This document shows, piece after piece, positions 28,374 to 36,500 of a stretch of DNA of 64,000 nucleotides. Within the stretch, counting starts at the first letter, position 1. Every line of letters begins with the position of its first letter. Made by a program: the position numbers and the translations under genes. The notes under the pieces were generated by a model that was given only the letters and a program-made list of their open reading frames with translations, made no database searches and was not told the origin of the DNA. This DNA comes from a virus. Where the stretch lies: the IMG/VR virus record IMGVR_UViG_3300042863_002274; one strand, given 5' to 3'.

Positions 28374-30428
28374 ATGGGCTGGAATGCGCCTCAAAACAAA
28401 GGCTTGGGCTCACAATCAAGCAAAAATCTAGGATACGGAGCCCCCATATCCATGAACCCGTCCCTCGCTGGGAAGGCGTATCGTGACTCTTGGGACATAG
28501 AGCGCGCTTACCGCGAAGGCATGTCTAAAATCACTTGGGTCAATAGGTGTATTGACGCAATCTCGGGAAACCAAGCGCGCTTGCCGATGATTTTAAGAAA
28601 AGACAATTCAAAACATGGCGAAATTATCAAGGGGCGCGAAGCAAATCGTAATCCCCTGCTGGAGATTTTAAATAATAAAGCCAATGTCGGAGAAAACTCT
28701 TTTATTTTTAGATACAGGCTTTCTGCTCAGCTCATGCTGGGTACTCGTGGAGCTTTTATAGAAAAGATACGTGGACGTGATGGTGGAATCATTGGGCTCA
28801 ACCTTCTTCCACCTCAGTCAACAGCACCAATACCAGACCCTAAAACGTTTGTTTCCGGCTACGAAGTGCAAATGCCTTATGGTGAGAAAATAATACTCAA
28901 GCCAGAAGATGTTTGCTGGGTTAGACGCCCTCACCCTATCGACCCTTACCTATCGCTTACGCCTCTTGAGGCAGCAGGTGTGGCCATAGAAATCGAAAAC
29001 CTCGCCAAGATTTACAACAGAAACTACCTTCTTAACGACGGACGTCCGGGTGGACTTTTAGTTGTTAGGGGTGAAATTGATGAAGACGATAAAGAAGAAC
29101 TGCGTAACAGATTCAGAGGAAACCTAGCAAGGGCTGGACACACTACGGTCATTGCGGCAGACGACGGAGTTGACTTTGTTGACACTTCTGCAAACCCACG
29201 TGATGCTGCCTACGTCCAGATGCGACAGATAACTAAAGAAGAAATACTTTCTGCATTTGGTGTTCCTGAGTCTGTTATTGGTAATGCCTCTGGCAGAACC
29301 TTCAGTAACGCTTCAGAAGAGATTCGTGTTTTCTGGATGGAGACAATGCTTCCCCATCTGGAGCCAATATCTAGAGCGTTAGACGAACTTGATGAAAAGT
29401 ACTATCTAGATTTTGACACGACCGAAGTTCCAATCCTCATGCTTTATAAGCAAGAGCGAGACAAGTATTTACTACAGGAATTCCAGTCTGGATTGATTAG
29501 CGCGAACGAGTACAGAACTGGCTCGTCACGCAAGGAAGTAGATGCCGACTTGGCTGACTCGCTTCTTCAGAATCCAAACCTTATTCCTATTGCGAACACG
29601 AAAAAGAAGATGGAAGAAGGCCAGGCTCAGATTCCTGGGGCTCCTGGGGCTCCTCCGGGAATGCCGGGAATGCCAGAAATGCCAGGGGTACCACCTGGAA
29701 TGCCTACTCCTGTTCCTCCAATGGCAGAAACCATTCCTTTGGACACAAATACTATGCAAGGTGCAATGGCCGAAGCAGGTATGGCGGGAGGAGAATTGGC
29801 TCAAACCACCATTCCTACCGAGGCACTTGGTGGACTTCCACAGCCAATGACTGTTGCGTCTTCTCCTAGCAATCAAATTCAAGTAAAAGAACTGATTGAC
29901 AAGAGCGAACAGTCAATCGAAAGATGGACCGAAATTCTTGCAAGAAGCGTTGAGCGCGTAGCGGAAAGACAGCAAAGAGTAGTGCTTGAAAAAGCTAGCG
30001 GCTTAAAGTCTAAAAAAGCCTTGATGCACGGAACCCTTGATGTTGACTCGGTTTTGTCAATTGAGACATGGAATAAGCAGATAGAGGAAGACATCCGTCC
30101 GGTCGTTTCTTCTATTATTAGCGATTCTTTTGAGTCGCGAGTAAATGAAGCATCTGAAAAGGGAGTAAAAGTAAAAGCTCTCCCAGTTAAGGACCTTCGC
30201 GCGATGGTTGATGCTCACGTTTCAAGAATTAAAAGAATAAATGAAGCGAATTTTTCAGAAATTAATTCACTTATGATTAAATCTTTTGAATACGCAGACG
30301 AAGAAAGACGATATTCGTTCTTTAGAGATGGGTTGGTGGAAATGTACACCGACTTCTTCGCTTATGGTCAATATCAGCTGGCCGAAAACGAGGCTCGTTC
30401 CGCTTGGAACTTTGGTCAAACTGTTTAG
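28374..30428 (+). CDS. HK97-type portal protein with C-terminal extension
   Basis: WVNRCIDAI, LSLTPLEAA, NDGRPGG and ILSAFGVP; Pro/Met/Gly-rich linker and MuF-like tail. Confidence 0.93.
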   Translation: MGWNAPQNKGLGSQSSKNLGYGAPISMNPSLAGKAYRDSWDIERAYREGMSKITWVNRCIDAISGNQARLPMILRKDNSKHGEIIKGREANRNPLLEILNNKANVGENSFIFRYRLSAQLMLGTRGAFIEKIRGRDGGIIGLNLLPPQSTAPIPDPKTFVSGYEVQMPYGEKIILKPEDVCWVRRPHPIDPYLSLTPLEAAGVAIEIENLAKIYNRNYLLNDGRPGGLLVVRGEIDEDDKEELRNRFRGNLARAGHTTVIAADDGVDFVDTSANPRDAAYVQMRQITKEEILSAFGVPESVIGNASGRTFSNASEEIRVFWMETMLPHLEPISRALDELDEKYYLDFDTTEVPILMLYKQERDKYLLQEFQSGLISANEYRTGSSRKEVDADLADSLLQNPNLIPIANTKKKMEEGQAQIPGAPGAPPGMPGMPEMPGVPPGMPTPVPPMAETIPLDTNTMQGAMAEAGMAGGELAQTTIPTEALGGLPQPMTVASSPSNQIQVKELIDKSEQSIERWTEILARSVERVAERQQRVVLEKASGLKSKKALMHGTLDVDSVLSIETWNKQIEEDIRPVVSSIISDSFESRVNEASEKGVKVKALPVKDLRAMVDAHVSRIKRINEANFSEINSLMIKSFEYADEERRYSFFRDGLVEMYTDFFAYGQYQLAENEARSAWNFGQTV

Positions 30429-30486
30429 TTTCACTAAACGATTGTTTGATTTTTATATAATTTCACTAAAAGTGGATATATAAGCA

Positions 30487-30522
30487 TAGTTGCACCGAAC
30501 AGACTTCCTAATGTCTTATTAT
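30487..30522 (+). promoter_or_regulatory. Putative late promoter TAGTTGCAC-N21-TATTAT
   Basis: Upstream of the protease polyprotein; conserved motif and spacing. Confidence 0.7.
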
Positions 30523-30554
30523 TTTCAGTAGACACAAGACGAAGGGTCTCCTGA

Positions 30555-33500
30555 ATGTTGCCTGAACTGTACGAATATAAGTCAACCACGCTCGGAACTT
30601 CCTTTGCGACCAAGGGTGGCTCCATCAACCTAGATGAAGCTCAGGGAATGGTTGAGTGCTTCGTAGCCGGAATAGGCAACAAAGACTCAGTAGGAGACAT
30701 TGTCACTACTGGTGCGTTCACAAAAAGCCTTCAGCGCCGCAAGCCTCGTGTTGTTTGGGGCCACAACTGGAATGACCCAATCGGTAAAGTTTTAGAGATT
30801 TACGAAGTACCAAATACGGACCCAAGATTGCCTTTGAAGATGAAGATGGCAGGAATCGGTGGACTTTTTGCTCGCGTTCAGTTCAACCTTAATTCCGAAA
30901 AAGGTAAAGAAGCATTCGCTATGGTTGCCTTCTTTGGTGAAGAACAAGAATGGTCAATCGGCTATAAGACGCTTCGTGCCCAGTTCGACCAGAAGTCGCA
31001 AGCAAACGTTATTTACGAACTTGAACTGTACGAAGTATCTCCTGTTCTTCACGGAGCAAACCAGCTCACTGGCACTATTTCCGTAAAGTCAGAAGAAGGT
31101 GGATATTCCGGTCCAGTTTCCTATATGGAAGAAGACGAAGAAGAAACCATAAACCGCGCAGAAATTGAAAAGCAATTGGGCTTAATGCTCGGCGCAAAAG
31201 TTTCCTTAATGGACGTAAACGGAGAAGAGCTAACCTTTGCTCGTCGTGCAGATAACGGTGAAGTTGGCCGATACAAGTGCCATTTCAGCGGAGGTCGCGG
31301 ACGATACATGTTTGGAGCACCTGAGCCAATTACGGTTGTTGCACCACGCAGACCATCAGTGCCTATGCCCGGAATGCCAATGATGCCAATTGGGTCTCCA
31401 GGAATGGTGATGAATCAGCCTCAACGCCCCACGCGTCCGCCAGCAATGTCTATGCCTGTTGCGATAAGACCAGGACAAAATGGTCCTCAGATTATCGCGC
31501 TTCCAGCAGTTGAGTACGAAGATGATGATACTCAAGAATTTGACCCAACAAACTTGGACAAAGAAGAAGCAGACCTAAGAGACGCACTTCTCAAGATAAC
31601 AAAACGTCACGGCAAGTTTAATCAAGACTCAGAAGGTGTTTGGGCCGGATACACGCCAGCTGCCGAAAACTCAATTGCTGGCATAGGCGTAAAATGTGCT
31701 AACTGCGTTTTTTATCAAGGTGGCGATAGCTGCAAGATAATTGACATGGAAGTTGAATCAGAAGGAAAGTGCCGTTTTGCCGTCATTCCTAATGGAGTTG
31801 TCAAAGGTGATTCAACAGTCAAAAAGACATACGAAATCGAAGAAGAGTTCACTCAAGAAGACTACGTTTCCGACCTTGAAGTAAAATACCCTGGAGAGTT
31901 AGCAATAGCAGCCCTGCGTGGAGCTATCGGAAGACGTAGAAAAAAGCGTCGTAAGTTCAAGTTGCTAAGCGAGTTTGGTTCGCAAAGTGATTGGCCCGAA
32001 GAGAAGGCATACCTGTTGCCTGTCGTGCCAAAGTTTGCCTTCATGGTCAAGCAGGCCCTAGACCCAATATTTGACTATCACGGCGTTGAGTCTTTTGTAG
32101 ACGTGGATGGAATTGTAATGACGTCTGGCATCAGTTATGACTTAATTGATGCGGTAGATACGGCTGTTGATAACCTAAAAAAAAAGTCTATAAATCAAAA
32201 TGACATCGAATGGAAAGCTGCTAGTTACCGACTTGGTCGTGCTATTGGTGGTCGTTTAACAAATAAACCAAATATTGGTGGAGGCCGTTCGGCCGGTCGA
32301 TTCTTTACGTCAATTGGAGCAGAAGATTTTGACCCATTTAGTGCGCGTGATGCCAACCTAAACGGAATAGTCGGTGAAGGCTTATTCCTTCGTGGTGTTG
32401 CTCTAGCCACTCCAGACCCAACACCGGATGGCCCTGGTTCAATACGCAACCCAAAACCATCCCGCGCTCAAGTACGCAAGCCTGAATCAGAGATTCTTGA
32501 CCGAGCTGGAGACGGCAAAGTCAAGCCTGTCGGCTCAAAACTAAGTAGCGGAAAACTGTTTGACGTTCCACGCATAGACGACCCTGATGTAGATTCTGCG
32601 ACAAAATACGGCTCCGCTGAGTCACAAAGAGACGAGCTTCAAGGCGTACTTGATGGTGCTTCAGACAAAGACCAAATAAAGAGACTAAAGCAAGCTATTG
32701 CTGAACTCGATAAATACATGAAGAGTGTTGAAAAAACGGTCGAAGGGGACATGGAACGCGAAAAGCGTCCAACAAAACCCAAGGCACCACAGGTTCTCAA
32801 CAGAGAAAACACTCAGCTTGCCAGAGGAATAAAGCCTCAGCGTATACCAATCGCTAGTCAATCGATGACAAGCGTAGAACGTTTCTCTTCTGGGAAACTT
32901 CCCGACAAAGCTCAGCTTCCAGAAGGCTCCTCGCAGCTTAAAGAATTCTACGAAGCGATGGCAGAAGACGTAGTGAAGTTGCTCACGGAGTTAATGAACG
33001 ACCCAAATAAAGATAAAAACTGGAAACTTCCATGGCGTCGCCCTGAGCTTTATGCAAGAAACCCTACGCGCGGTCGCGTGTATCAAGGCATGAACCAGAT
33101 GACTCTTGGCTTGGTTGCAAAATCTCGCGGGTACGAACTTCCTCGATGGGCCGGAGAAGGTCAATGGAAAAAGCTTGGTGGAAAACTTAAGCCGGGTGGA
33201 CGAAAGATGGGCGTTTCTATTCTTGTTCCACGAGAAGGACGCACTTTCACAGACATAAACGGCAAGGAAGTCGTCGAGGGGCGCTACTACGAGGTACAAA
33301 CTGTTTATAACGTAGCCGAAGTAGCTGGCCTCCCAAAGAAATTTTATGAACCTATCGATGCGGACATAAATCAAGAAACAAGACTTGAAGATTTAGAAAA
33401 CGTTATTAAGGAAATTGGTCCTGATTTCGTAGAATCATTTGGTGAGGATGCTTTTTATCGCCCATCAACAGACAAGATTCACATGCCTGCTTTTGAACAG

Positions 33501-36500
33501 TTTGTTGATGCTACGGCTTTTTATGGGACAGCAATGCACGAAACCGTTCATTGGACCTCTCACCCAACACGCCTAAACAGAACTTTAGGTAAAGAATTTG
33601 GCGATGAACAATACGCATTTGAAGAACTAATCGCTGAGATAGGTTCAGCGTTCGCGTTGGGCGCAATGGGTATTGAGCCAACAATTAGAGACAATCACCT
33701 TGTTTATGTAGCAGGATGGTTGAAGAAACTGACAGCAGACCCACTTGCCTTGCATAGGGCAATACTTTCAGCCCAACAAGCAAACGACTTCTTGCTAGAC
33801 CGTTCCTCGACAATGCGAAGACTTGCTGGCATCCCGGACGATGAAAGAAAAGGCAAAGACAATGCGTGGCTCGAAGTGCCAATGCTTGCTGGATACGAAG
33901 ACTCTCCAAGAATCAAGCCGACAACAGGCGTAAGCGGCACAATGGAAGACATGCTGGACGTGGAGTTCCCGCAGGACTTCGCACCAGAGGCTAGAAGAAC
34001 GTCTACTGCGGAACGAGAGATGAGTTCTCTTTCACGAAACCTACCAACAAAGACCAAAGATGGAATCGTCATTACTCCGTCTGGAAGACTTTCTAGCGGT
34101 AGAGGCCCAATCAAGGGCAAAAACCCTAATGCGCCAGAAATAAAGCCCATAGATGAGACAGTAGCGCTCAGGCTTGCATTTGGTTTGTCAAACGAGCCAA
34201 CCGAAGAGCAGCGAGACATCATGGCGGTTGCCATGAATCTCATTAGAAACAAAGACCCGCGCATATTGTCTATTCTTGCAGGTGCTGGAACTGGTAAAAC
34301 CACAACGCTAAAGAGCATCGCATGGGGTCTGCAGAGAGAATTCGACCTATGGCCAGAAGGCGACCTTCGGAGACCAGAACAACTCAGATACCTTTCAGAT
34401 AGGTACGGCGTTGATTTCTCTGGCATGTCCGCGGAACAGGTTAAGGAATCTGTAGAAAAACTAGCTGAAGAAAAATCAATAAACAATCTTTACTATGCGG
34501 TATTTAACAAGAAAAATCAATTCGAAGCAGAATTGGAGTTTCCAAGAAATACCGGAGTATCAACAACCGACAAGATTTGGTACTGGTCACTAAAACTAGG
34601 ACAAGGCGACAAAAAATACGGAACAGGAATGCGCAGAAAAATGCAATTCGCATTGATTTCGCCTACTGACAGAAAAGTAAATAATCCCGGAGCCAAGAAT
34701 CCTAAATTCATCAGCGAAGCTCTAACTCCTGACGAACCAGAAAGACTATTGCCACAGCAGGTACGGGAGCTCTTTGATGGAACAACCGAGTCTTTTGATG
34801 GAATTGAACCAGGATACAGAAGTCTTGGTTGGACAAGATTAGATACTGGAAGTGATTGGAAAGAATTTTTAGATTTTGCAGACGAGAAGCGCTGGAAGGG
34901 TCAAGAAACTAGACCAACTTCTGTTCCCATCTTGGACGATAAGGGAAAACCAGTAAGAGACGCTAAGGGAAAAATTCAAACAACAATGGAAGATTCGTCT
35001 GGATTTATTCTTCCAGATGCGGGCTCAACATTTGTCAGTCGAGACCAATTCGGTGACCTTTTTAAAAATGCCCTTACTAGATGGAGTCTTTCAAAAGAAG
35101 AAAAAGCGTCAGCATGGATGTTTACGCAGCCCGCAATACTAACGCAAGAGCTAGATACGCCGCGCGGTTCTGGTAAGGACATCAGCCCTGTTGACACCAT
35201 TTTAGATGAAAAAGATATTCCGGCTCAATGGGTAGAAGCTTTGCAGGAAGCAATAGACAAATTTTCCGATGGGGATAGCAGTATGCTTCCACCAAGAGAT
35301 TCTGTCGCAAAACTGTGGATGCTTACGGAGCCAGACCTTCGCTCAGACCCGGGCTTGATAACGCATACCGAGTCTCAAGAGCGCAAAAAAACTATTCCAG
35401 ATAGCTACGCGGTTGGAGACACGTATGAGCTTGAAGGCGAAACATGGATAGTCAAAACAAGAAAAAAGAGTAAAGGCAAAAACGTTCAAGTTACTCTAAC
35501 CAAGAGAATGGCGACAGAAGAAAAACCACTCAGTGCATTTTTTGTTGACGAGGCGCAAGACTCAAATGAAATTCTTGAAACAGTGCTCGACAACAATAGA
35601 GCCAATCTTCCGATAGTTGTTGTTGGAGATGATAGACAAGCCGTTTATGCGTTTCGTAACGCGAAAAACATCCTTGAATCCCTAAACGCTGACTATGAAT
35701 TAACAATTACCGAATCTTTTAGATACGGAGAAGTAATTGGGCATTTAACGAACCTTGCCTTGGGTATGCAAAACCTTTACCTTGACAAACAGGGCGTCCC
35801 TCAGTTGCCATGGAAACACGTTAAAGGCAAAGCTCAGGTTGTAGTAAACAGACTGTTCGACCCATTGCTTCCTAAAAAAGATAGAAAAGGTCTGGAGCCG
35901 GTTGACGAAATCGACGATATGACTCGTGAGTTCCTTCTTAAGGACTTGGAAGAAAAGTTTTCAACTCCAGAAAAGCGTTTGAATTTCTCTGTACATACGG
36001 TTGGAAAGAAAGCTGGAGAAAAATTAACACGCAAAGAGCAAGATGATAAATTAAGAGAACTAAGAGACTCCATTCTTGAGCCAAAAGCGGGGAAGATAGT
36101 CGACAGGGTTGAGGAAGCAAATAAAGAAGTTCCAAATCTCCCAACCATGATTCTCTGCAGAACCAACGCAGAAATCATTAACGAAACTCTCAAGTTCATT
36201 AAACTTGTCGTCGATAGTCCAAATGCGAAAAAAGATGATAACGGGTTGCCAATTCTGCCAGAAGTAGTCATTCCTTTAAGCAAGCACGAAGAACTTCTAA
36301 AGTTTACGAGACATCTTGAGTACATCTTTATGCCTCAAGCAGAAAAAAGCAAGCGCGGTCTCCCCGAAGTATCGGGATGGATTGGACCCATCTTCGACCA
36401 GGGAGGACTGAAGAGAGTAATAAATCAGGCTTCAGGACAGCAGGCCAGAAGTGCATACAAACTAATAATGCAGGCCCCTCCTGGCGGCGGCGTGCCTCTT

